Notes under the pieces: generated by a model
Database searches by the model: none
Told to the model about the DNA's origin: nothing
Seen by the model: the letters and a program-made list of their open reading frames with translations, nothing else
In this document: in pieces, positions 55,001 through 64,000 of the stretch
Layout: every line of letters begins with the position of its first letter
Position numbering within the stretch: position 1 is the stretch's first letter
Made by a program: the position numbers and the translations under genes
NCBI GenBank assembly: GCA_963716255.1
Contig: OY970303.1
Span: 1,440,001-1,504,000, forward strand
Direction of reading: 5' to 3'
Source of the DNA: an uncultured Gemmatimonadales bacterium
Lineage (GTDB): Bacteria > Gemmatimonadota > Gemmatimonadetes > Longimicrobiales > Longimicrobiaceae
DNA length: 64,000 nt

Positions 55001-57168
55001 CGCTGGAGCCCGTCCCCACCGGCGTCCCGGGCGAGCTGTACGTGAGCGGCGCGGGGGTGTCCGCAGGCTACCTGGACCGGCCCGACCTGACGGCGGCGAG
55101 GTTCCTGCCCGACGCGTTCTCCGCGGAGCCCGGGGCGCGGATGTACCGGTCGGGAGACGTGGCGCGGCGCGCCGTGGACGGGTCGCTCCACTTCGTGGGC
55201 CGCGCCGATGGGCAGGTCAAGGTGCGCGGCTTCCGCATCGAGACCGGGGAGGTGGAGGCCGCGGTGCGCGCGCTCCCCGGCGTCCGCCAGGGCGTGGTCG
55301 TGCTCCGCGAGGACGCGCCGGGGGATGCGCGCCTGGTGGCGTACCTGGTGCTGGACGGGTCGGCGGAGGCCGCCGGCCCGGGGGAGCTGCGGGAGGCGCT
55401 CGCCGCGCGGCTCCCCGGCTTCATGCTCCCCGCCGCCTTCGTGGTGCTCCCGGAGCTCCCCCTCACCGCGCAGGGCAAGCTGGACCGGCGCGCCCTCCCC
55501 GCGCCGGACGGCGAGCGGCTGCTGCGCCCCGCCTACGAGCCGCCCCGCTCCGCCCTGGAGACGCGGCTCGCGGAGGCGTGGCGGGCGGCGCTGGGGGTGG
55601 GCCGGGTGGGCGTGCACGACGACTTCTTCGCGCTGGGCGGCGACTCGCTCCGCGCCGTGCAGGTGGTGTCCGCCCTCCGCGGGCGCGGGGTGGAGGCTTC
55701 CGTCCGCGACCTGTTCCTGCAGCCAACGGTGCGCGGGCTGGCGCGGCGCCTGGTCGCCGCGGAGTCGACGGGGGACGCCACGGCCGCGGCGGTCCCGCTC
55801 CACCTGGCGGAAGTGCCGGAGGACGAGCGCGCCCGCGTGCGGGCCGCCTTCGGTGGGAGCGTGGAGGACGTCTATCCGGCCAGCCGGATGCAGGCGCTCA
55901 TGGTCGACGAATACGCCCGGGACACGGCGCGCCGGGGCGTCTACCACGCGCAGCAGCGCTTCCGCCTCGCGGACCCGGCCCTCGCGGTGGACGCGCTCCG
56001 GAGCGCGGTCAGGCGGCTGGTCCGGCGGCATCACACGTTCCGCACCGCCTTCGCCCGCGGCGCCGGGGGCCGCCTGCTTCAGGTGGTGCGCCCCGGGCTG
56101 CGGGTGCCGCTCGCGGAGGTCGACCTCCGCGCGCTCCCGCCCGCCGCCCAGGATCGCGCGATCGTGGCGCACGTAGCCCGCGACCTGGACTCGCCCTTTC
56201 ACCCGGAGGCGCCCGGCGAGCCCCTGGTGCGGCTCGCGCTCTTCCGCCGCGCCGACGGCATGGCGGAGCTGTTCATCTCGCAGCACCACGCCGTCGAGGA
56301 CGGGTGGGGCAACGTCCACTTCCTGGGCCGGCTCTTCGCCGCGTACCTCCAGGCGCGCGACGGCCTCCCCGCCCCCGGGCCCGAGCCCCCTGCCGGCGAC
56401 CCCGGCCGGGAGTTCGTCGCGCTGGAGGCGGAGGTACTGGCGGACCCGGAGGCGCGGGCCTTCTGGGCGGAGCGGACGCGCGCCCCCGCGCCCGCCTGGC
56501 CGCCGCGCCGCGCGGAGGCGGGCGGGATCCGGCGCGCCCGCGGACCGGCGCTGTCGCTCCCCCCCGCGCTGGCCGCGGCGCTCCGCGACGCCGCCACCCG
56601 GCACCGGGTCGCGCTCAAAGCCGTGTACCTGAGTCCCTTCCTGGACCTGCTGGCGGCCATGGCGGGCGGCGAGGACGCATGCGCCGGCGTGGTGTGGAAC
56701 GGGCGGTCCGAGCGGCTGTCCGATCCGCTGGAGGCGCTGGGGCTCTTCTGGAACCTGCTCCCCGTCCGCCGGCTCCCGGGCGTCCCCGACGGCGCGGAGC
56801 GGGTCCGCGCGGTCCACGCCGACCTGCTGCGGACCGACCGCTTCGGCCGGTACCCGCTGGCGGCCATCACGGAATCGCACGGCGGCCGCGAGCCGTTCTT
56901 CGCGACCTTCAACTTCCTCCACTTCCACCACCTGGCGCTACCGGCCGGGGAGCGCGGCCTGCGCGTGGAAACGGTGGAAACGCTCGACCGCTTCCACCTG
57001 CCGCTCAGCCTGGCCGTCGGCATCGCCCCTCGCGGCGACGGCGCCGCGCTGCGCGTTGAATTCGACGACCGCTGGTTCACCCCGGGAAACGCCGCCGCCG
57101 CGCTTGACGACTACGCCCGGCGCCTCACCCGGCTCGCGGCCGACACTGCCACGAGCCAGGAGGCTTGA
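49099..57168 (+). CDS. Two-module NRPS: docking-C-A-T-C-A-T-C (about 2689 aa)
   Basis: TubC_N-like N-terminus; HHAVVDG, YTSGSTG, GGHSL, HHVVTDE, YTSGSTG, GGDSL, HHAVEDG; GTG start at 49099. Confidence 0.95.
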   Translation: MTTADLLADLARRGVRISIEGGALRISAPREAVTPELRLQVAARRTEIAAHLAGTAPPAPRDGPLSYGQLRLWLLEQRGGASGVYNAPMAARLSGALDAAALGRAVDEVVRRHGALRTVFPLHGGEPVQRVLPARAGALRAVDLAALPAMAGEAEAARILAGSAATLFDLERGPLFRARLLRLHPGEHVLLLEMHHAVVDGWSVGVVFRELGTLYGAFLRGEPSPLPEPPLRYADYAARQREQLRGETLERLLAWWTRRLAGAPPALDLPTDRPRPPVQSFRGARHGLVLDPALAGRLRALARERGATPFMVLLAAFHVLLARYTGEDDLVVGTPVAGRTRPELEGMVGFFVNTVALRVDGSGDPVFGELLGRVREATLGAWEHQDLPFDRLVEALNTPRDPARNPVFQVMFALQDAPHGALALPGVHARPVDIPIRTAKLDLTWAVLDRGAELLVTAEYAADLFEGDTIRRMIGHFHTLLEAAVTAPELRLSGLPLMGPAERAQVMEWSTAAPERSPAPVHLRVAEQAARAPDAVAIEAGGERLTYARLRDRAGDLALRLRALGAGPESRVGICLERSAEMVVALLAVLETGAAYVPLDPEYPAERLAHMLADSGAAVLLTRASLLAVLPAFGGETVLVAPSPPGPLSPASGRKRKNDDTTSEGEDLEGQEALPQDWGRVASVSEPGGGDPAGASGIPIDPENLAYVLYTSGSTGTPKGVAVQHGALASQVDWMLRAFPLSAADRVLQKTPFSFDASVWEFWATLAAGATLVMAGPGAHREPARMARALAAEAITVAQFVPSLLAALLDEDVAGCAALRRVFCGGEALPAGLAARARAALGAEVVNLYGPTETCINAAAHTFGGEQRPTVPIGRPVDGVRAYLLGGDGDPVPAGVPGELYLGGVQVARGYLGRPGPTAAAFVPDGLSGEAGARLYRTGDRARWLAGGVLEFLGRADGQVKLRGFRIETGEVEAALLAHPEVRAAAAAVRGDGPGGGRLVAYVVPGGGSPPAPDDLRAWLGLRLPEASLPSAFVFLDALPLTPAGKLHRAALPPPAGIADEAGRPHAPPRTPVEEVLAGLWSDVLGVDRVGVRDSFFELGGHSLLAARVAARVRGAFGIDLPLRAIFEAPTVAGLALRVEEALRNGDGAAPPPVLPAVREGPLPLSFAQRQLWVVERMGGAEGVYDVPLALRLAGPLEPAALGRALREIVRRHEALRTVFPAAPGGEPVQVVLPPASRALAVADLAALPAAAREAEAARLVAGAARAPFHLERGPLFRARLLRLDPGEHVLLLEMHHVVTDEWSQGVMLRELGALYGAFLRGEPSPLPEPRLRYADYAAWQREQLRGETLERLLAWWTRRLAGAPPALDLPADRPRPAAQSFRGARHDRVLDPALARRLRALARERGATPFMVLLAAFHVLLARYTGEDDLVVGTPVAGRTRPELEGMVGFFVNTVALRVDGSGDPVFGELLGRVREATLGAWEHQDLPFDRLVEALDTPRDPARNPVFQVAVSYHAPAPPPELAGLDVRPLPHRTTTAKFDLSLHLADDGGGIRCAWEYARDLFDAATVARMAEHLAALLGGAAADPDRRVSTLPLLTDAERREWEALRRESLPRFPAERCIHELVAEQAALRPHAVAVVHEGAGLTYGALEARANQLAHHLRALGAGPGSRVGVCLERSAELVVAILAVLKAGAAYVPLDPGHPAGRLALALRDTGAAALVTSAPLLALLPDPEPGDDGTALPTIAVDRDAAALASRPRTPPARGAGPGHPAYVVYTSGSTGTPKGVVVSHACVVRLFAATGPWFRFAADDVWTLFHSCAFDFSVWEMWGALLHGGRLVVVPLWVARSPDAFHALVAREGVTVLSQTPSAFRQFVRADEEAPADAGLALRRVVFGGEALDAPSVRRWLARHGDASPRLVNMYGITETTVHVTYCELDARVLDAALPGTTPIGRPLPDLRVHLLDAALEPVPTGVPGELYVSGAGVSAGYLDRPDLTAARFLPDAFSAEPGARMYRSGDVARRAVDGSLHFVGRADGQVKVRGFRIETGEVEAAVRALPGVRQGVVVLREDAPGDARLVAYLVLDGSAEAAGPGELREALAARLPGFMLPAAFVVLPELPLTAQGKLDRRALPAPDGERLLRPAYEPPRSALETRLAEAWRAALGVGRVGVHDDFFALGGDSLRAVQVVSALRGRGVEASVRDLFLQPTVRGLARRLVAAESTGDATAAAVPLHLAEVPEDERARVRAAFGGSVEDVYPASRMQALMVDEYARDTARRGVYHAQQRFRLADPALAVDALRSAVRRLVRRHHTFRTAFARGAGGRLLQVVRPGLRVPLAEVDLRALPPAAQDRAIVAHVARDLDSPFHPEAPGEPLVRLALFRRADGMAELFISQHHAVEDGWGNVHFLGRLFAAYLQARDGLPAPGPEPPAGDPGREFVALEAEVLADPEARAFWAERTRAPAPAWPPRRAEAGGIRRARGPALSLPPALAAALRDAATRHRVALKAVYLSPFLDLLAAMAGGEDACAGVVWNGRSERLSDPLEALGLFWNLLPVRRLPGVPDGAERVRAVHADLLRTDRFGRYPLAAITESHGGREPFFATFNFLHFHHLALPAGERGLRVETVETLDRFHLPLSLAVGIAPRGDGAALRVEFDDRWFTPGNAAAALDDYARRLTRLAADTATSQEA
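49606..53631 (+). repeat. Near-identical ~720-bp duplication in C1 (49606-50328) and C2 (52909-53631)
   Basis: Colinear at a constant 3303-bp offset with long identical tracts. Confidence 0.9.
51018..51168. repeat. Family 3 repeat inserted in-frame in the NRPS A1 domain
   Basis: Matches intergenic 34916-35044; encodes PSPPGPLSPASGR...ALPQDWGRVASVSEPGGG. Confidence 0.88.
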
Positions 57169-57200
57169 CATCCGTCCACCTGGAACTCAATTTGGTTCCA
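57165..57200 (+). promoter_or_regulatory. Putative TA promoter and operator
   Basis: TTGACA at 57165, CAATTT 17 bp later, inside the palindrome TGGAAC-N8-GTTCCA. Confidence 0.6.
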
Positions 57201-57221
57201 CCTGAACAACGGAGGGGATGG

Positions 57222-57653
57222 ATGGTCGACGCGCGAGACGTGTACCGAATCCTGGGCGGTGAAAAGGCGGTGGGCCGCCCGGTCCGCACCGTCCGCGAGC
57301 TGCGGCACGCCGTCGACGACGGCTTCCCCGTAGAGGCGCTGGAGTCCGCCGCCCGCTACGTGGCGGGCGACGAGCGCGGCGCCGCCGAGATCCGCTACGG
57401 CATCGTCCCCAAGACGACGCTGCACCGCCGCGAGCGGCTCACCGCCGAGGAGAGCCAGCGCCTGGAGCGCCTGGCGCGGGTCACCGCCCTCGCCGAGCAG
57501 GTGTGGGAGGACCGCGAGCTCGCCCACGAGTTCCTGCTCTCTCCTCAGCCGCAGCTGGAGGGCGAGCGTCCCATCGACCTGGCGCGCACGGACCTGGGCG
57601 CCCGCGAGGTGGAGGCGCTTCTCTTCGCCATCGAGTACTCGCTCCCCGCCTGA
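57222..57653 (+). CDS. Xre/MbcA/ParS-type antitoxin
   Basis: GGAGG RBS; TLHRRERLTAEESQRLER, L..PQPQLEGERPIDL..T..G. Confidence 0.88.
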   Translation: MVDARDVYRILGGEKAVGRPVRTVRELRHAVDDGFPVEALESAARYVAGDERGAAEIRYGIVPKTTLHRRERLTAEESQRLERLARVTALAEQVWEDRELAHEFLLSPQPQLEGERPIDLARTDLGAREVEALLFAIEYSLPA

Positions 57654-57656
57654 CGG

Positions 57657-58106
57657 ATGCTGGCCTGGCGGGTCTGCAAGTCCCGGTTCGCCCCCTTCGA
57701 CGGCACCGGCGCCATGCTGCACGGCGCCCGCTGGAGCTCCCCCGGGCACCCCGTCGTCTACGCCGCCGACTCGCTGGCCGGCGCGATCCTGGAGATCCTG
57801 GCCCACGCCCTCCGCCCCCGCACCCTCCCCGGCCCGCACCACGCCGTCCGCATCGACGTCCCCGACGCGCTGGTGGAAACGCTCGACCCCGGAGCCCTCC
57901 CCGGCTGGGACGCCAAAGGCTCGCCCGAGGCGCTCACCTTCGGCGACCGCTGGCTGGAGGAGGCCCGCAGCGCCGCCCTGCGCGTCCCCGCCCTCCCCTG
58001 CCGCCCCGCCGGCCGCAACCTGCTGATCAACCCCGCCCACCCGGACGCGGCCCGGATCACCGTGTCGGAACCGTTCGCGGTGCCCTGGGACGAGCGGCTC
58101 TTCTGA
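57657..58106 (+). CDS. RES-domain toxin
   Basis: FDGTGA..GARW, YAADSLA.AILE, SAALRVP, NLLINPAHP. Confidence 0.9.
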   Translation: MLAWRVCKSRFAPFDGTGAMLHGARWSSPGHPVVYAADSLAGAILEILAHALRPRTLPGPHHAVRIDVPDALVETLDPGALPGWDAKGSPEALTFGDRWLEEARSAALRVPALPCRPAGRNLLINPAHPDAARITVSEPFAVPWDERLF

Positions 58107-58204
58107 GCGCGGCGCGCGGCCCGGCGTGGACGCACGACGCCCCGCCGGGCATGGACCCGGCGGGGCGTCTGGAACCCCCTCCCGCGGACGCCAGCGCGAA
58201 CCCC

Positions 58205-58340
58205 GCGAGAGGGATTTCGGCCCGAAAGGGCGAGACCCGGCGGCTGTTTGCCGGGGCTCGACTCCGTTACGCACCGTTGTTTGCTGCGTTACGGAGCCGA
58301 AGCCCGACCCCGGCGCCAGCCGGGGGCACGCCCAAACCCG
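58205..58340 (+). repeat. Structured repeat family 1, copy 12
   Basis: Near-consensus copy between convergent genes. Confidence 0.95.
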
Positions 58341-58350
58341 ATGTTGAAAA

Positions 58351-61233
<2,883 letters not shown>

Positions 61234-61564
61234 GCGAGGTCGCTGGAATTGCGCAGACCGCGGGACGGGCTCCGCCCCGCGGAGGGGTGACGTCGTGCCG
61301 GAAAGCGCCGCAAACTTACCGAAGCGGCCGCCGGTTGGCAAACTGCACAGAATGCTACACCCCAGGTCAAGGGGCATCCCCTTCCGCAGCCCATAAGACA
61401 ATCTTCCGCAGGTATTTACCGGCATTCCTCCACCATGGCCCGGGGATCCCCGGCGGCGCGGGCTCACGGAAACGTTGACGCCGCGCGGGTGAGAAATTAC
61501 TGTCGGGTAGTACGCTGTAGCGGCGACCGCCGCGCACCACCTCACCCTTGGTCCGGGAGACACC

Positions 61565-61723
61565 ATGCCGAAGAGCCAGCGTCCCAAGCTCCGCCTGCAC
61601 CGCGAAACGGTCCGCCGCCTCGACACGCCCGCCCCCGGGCGGCTCGCGACCGATCCGGTCCAGCACCCCGGCGACACCGTGCTCTGCGGCCCGAGCCGCA
61701 TGGGCACCTGCGAGACCGTGTAG
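61565..61723 (+). CDS. 52-aa RiPP (lanthipeptide-like) precursor candidate
   Basis: [61 protein letters not shown]. Confidence 0.6.
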   Translation: MPKSQRPKLRLHRETVRRLDTPAPGRLATDPVQHPGDTVLCGPSRMGTCETV

Positions 61724-61828
61724 CGGCACGCGTTGCGTCTTGATGAAATGAGTCCCCGTGGGTTGATGGCCCGCGGGGGCTCTGGATTTTCGTGGCCGGC
61801 ACAGAAGCGCCGGTGCCGTTTGCAGCAG

Positions 61829-62410
61829 TCAGTGTTTTAGGAGAAGGCTTTCCACGTCGCGGTAGAGCTTGTCGAACGACTTTGCGCGGCGGGCACTTCC
61901 AATATCGAAAAGGGCGGTGAAAGCCGGCTGATCGATGGTCTCTCTGTACGACCTACCGGAAAGACGCTGGCTCAGCCATCCCTTCGCATCCCGGATCGAC
62001 TCCGGATCCTCAGGTGCCGTCAGGTCAGTGGGCAGACCACGACGGCCACGAAGCGATTCGGCCGCTGCGAGGAACCACGCCTCGAACTCCCGTGCGGCGG
62101 CTACAACCCGGACCTGGCGGTCGGGTCTAACCTGCTTCGCGTAGGCCAGGAGACGGGGGCCGAGTTCGCATGGCAGATCGTCGTCCGCGTCCAACAGGAC
62201 CAAGATCCCCCCATCATCATCTGTCTGAGCCGCCGCCAATTCTACGTATCGCTTCAGATCGTCCGCCTTCCCCAGGTTCGATCTGGGAACGCGCATCGGC
62301 TTGCGGACTTCGAGCGGCAGTTCCGGAGCGATGACATCGCGGAGCCGGCGCAGCAGGATCGGCAATGCCTCGCTTTCGCCGTGCCCCTCGACGATGCAGG
62401 AAATCCGCAC
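61829..62410 (-). CDS. DUF4276-like TOPRIM-type protein
   Basis: IVEGHGE, LLDADD, EFEAWF, PE..AK, Y.ETIDQ; GTG 1 bp after the ATPase stop. Confidence 0.78.
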   Translation of the reverse strand: MRISCIVEGHGESEALPILLRRLRDVIAPELPLEVRKPMRVPRSNLGKADDLKRYVELAAAQTDDDGGILVLLDADDDLPCELGPRLLAYAKQVRPDRQVRVVAAAREFEAWFLAAAESLRGRRGLPTDLTAPEDPESIRDAKGWLSQRLSGRSYRETIDQPAFTALFDIGSARRAKSFDKLYRDVESLLLKH

Positions 62411-62411
62411 G

Positions 62412-63773
62412 TCAGTCCTCACCGGGCCCAAACAGGGCAAGTTGGTCCGGGTTGATGTCAGTGGCTTTGGGGTCGGGCTGGAGTTGATCCATACGAAGGA
62501 GGTCGCCAGCCGTGAACAGGCGGCTCCGAAGCGCGGTACGTGCCGCGGCGTCTAGTGGTCCAATCTTCGTTTCGCCGCGGCGGGAGACGACGGCCAGAAT
62601 GGCATCGTCCGGAATCTCGTCGTTGGCCAGCAGCTCAGGACTATGGCTGGTAACGGCGATTTGGGTGTGCTCGCTCGCGTCCGCCAGGCTGTCCGTCAGC
62701 ACTCCGGCGGCTGCCGGGTGCAATGCTGTCTCCGGTTCCTCAATCCCGACGAATGGAACTCCGGCACCGTCGGAACCACTGTTCTGGAACAGGGCGATGA
62801 GTATTCCTAGTGCTCGCAACGTACCGTCGGACATGTTCGCTGCAATGAAGCGCCACGGATCCTTCGAGCCGCTCACCTCCTGCCGGAACTCCAGTGTTTC
62901 CTTGGGCCCGACCATGATCGGATCGACCCCGCTGACACCCGGAACGATCTTGGACAGGTATTCCTCGATCCGCGCGCGGATGTCGGGGCTGCGGTTCGCA
63001 AGGGTCTCAAGCACGCTGGCGACGTTGCTTCCGTCACGCGCCAGGAGTAGCCCCGGGTCCGGTGACTGCAGCTCGCGTATGGCGTCTGGATTGAGATTGT
63101 AGAACCCCATGCTGGAGAGAGCGTCGTAAATAGGCCGGAATTCCGGTAGCCCGGATACGTTCACGAGGTAGAGACGGTCCTTGACCGCTGCAGGGGGCGT
63201 GGCGACACTGCTGGCGGTAACGCGTCCGTCCATCACCGCGTAGTGACCGATTACCCTCCCCGTGATGCCATGTCGGACGGTGCATTCCTCGTGCTGGACG
63301 AAGTATCCCCCCTGCATCGTGCGGTTCTCTTTCGCTTTCGCTCCTACGACGAATGCGTAGTGGCCCCGCGACCCGTCAGGAAGCCGGAATGTGATCCGGA
63401 TGCCAAAGTGTTTCGGATGGCCGGTCGAACGCCGACGGACCTCCTTGATTCCACCCCGGTCACGAAGCGCATGGTCCAGGGAAATCCGCAAGGCATCCGT
63501 GACGAAGCGCAGCGCGTCGAGGAAATTGCTCTTGCCAGACCCGTTGGGACCGACGAGGTACGTAAGCCGTGAGAGACTTACGTCGCACGCGGCGATACTC
63601 TTGTAGTTGCGGAGAACGAGCCGCTCGATGAAGCGGATGTGCTTAGGGGCCGCTTCCGGGGCCTGGAGCTCCAGCGCGTAGCTTGGATCCAAGTTCTTGC
63701 TCTCCTTGTGGACCGGGCGGCTGTTCAGCGCGTTCTTGATGAAATTGCGGCGGCCTGCTCCGTCGCGAGACAT
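62412..63773 (-). CDS. ABC/AAA_21-type ATPase
   Basis: RNYKSI, GPNGSGKSN, MSDGTLR, IEEPE, TSHS; start uncertain and possibly further downstream. Confidence 0.88.
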   Translation of the reverse strand: MSRDGAGRRNFIKNALNSRPVHKESKNLDPSYALELQAPEAAPKHIRFIERLVLRNYKSIAACDVSLSRLTYLVGPNGSGKSNFLDALRFVTDALRISLDHALRDRGGIKEVRRRSTGHPKHFGIRITFRLPDGSRGHYAFVVGAKAKENRTMQGGYFVQHEECTVRHGITGRVIGHYAVMDGRVTASSVATPPAAVKDRLYLVNVSGLPEFRPIYDALSSMGFYNLNPDAIRELQSPDPGLLLARDGSNVASVLETLANRSPDIRARIEEYLSKIVPGVSGVDPIMVGPKETLEFRQEVSGSKDPWRFIAANMSDGTLRALGILIALFQNSGSDGAGVPFVGIEEPETALHPAAAGVLTDSLADASEHTQIAVTSHSPELLANDEIPDDAILAVVSRRGETKIGPLDAAARTALRSRLFTAGDLLRMDQLQPDPKATDINPDQLALFGPGED

Positions 63774-63951
63774 ACCGATGTGCCGCCTTCTCAGGCGCAC
63801 CTGTCAAACCTGCTCTGGTCAGGAAGGTTCAGCAAGTCACCGAGGTATCTGCCCGCTATATTCAGCGTTCCTTGACTCCCCCCTGCCCCGCCTCCTATTC
63901 TCCCGGCGGTTCGCATCTCGGCCCGAAAATCTCCCGTGGAGGACCCGTACC

Positions 63952-64000
63952 ATGGCCAACGTCCCGCAGGACCTGCGTTACACCAAGGAGCACGAGTACG
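63952..64000 (+). CDS. gcvH: Glycine cleavage H protein, 5' end
   Basis: GGAGG RBS; MANVPQDLRYTKEHEY. Confidence 0.85.
   Translation, partial: MANVPQDLRYTKEHEY

Noticed and set aside
61234..61560. Glycine riboswitch upstream of gcvP
   Set aside because: Could not find the conserved aptamer motifs on the minus strand

Overview
High-GC bacterial chromosomal window. Gene content and repeat style suggest Gemmatimonadota (Longimicrobium-like); this is inference only. Housekeeping genes: gyrB, dciA-like, recF, ogt, rho, ispG, gcvP and the start of gcvH. Also present are several two-component genes, a rhodanese/YeeE sulfur cluster, a Kef-type antiporter, a stand-alone two-module NRPS, an Xre-RES toxin-antitoxin pair, two complete IS elements (IS5 and IS1380 families, with IRs and TSDs readable) and two lower-GC inserts. 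The most striking unexplained signal is non-coding. Twelve copies of a ~135-bp multi-hairpin element show extensive compensatory covariation. Two copies of a related three-hairpin element share a GAGAC-stem-GGCNGTTT-stem-GGCTC module. A third purine/pyrimidine palindromic family is targeted by the IS5 element and is inserted in-frame inside the NRPS. Other candidates for undescribed biology: a cytoplasmic operon of a beta-lactamase-like hydrolase, an M15-like peptidase and a PafA/Dop-like ligase; an orphan lanthipeptide-like precursor missed by the ORF track; and an ABC-ATPase plus TOPRIM-like pair. Start codons were chosen by eye, and family names come from motif recognition rather than database searches.
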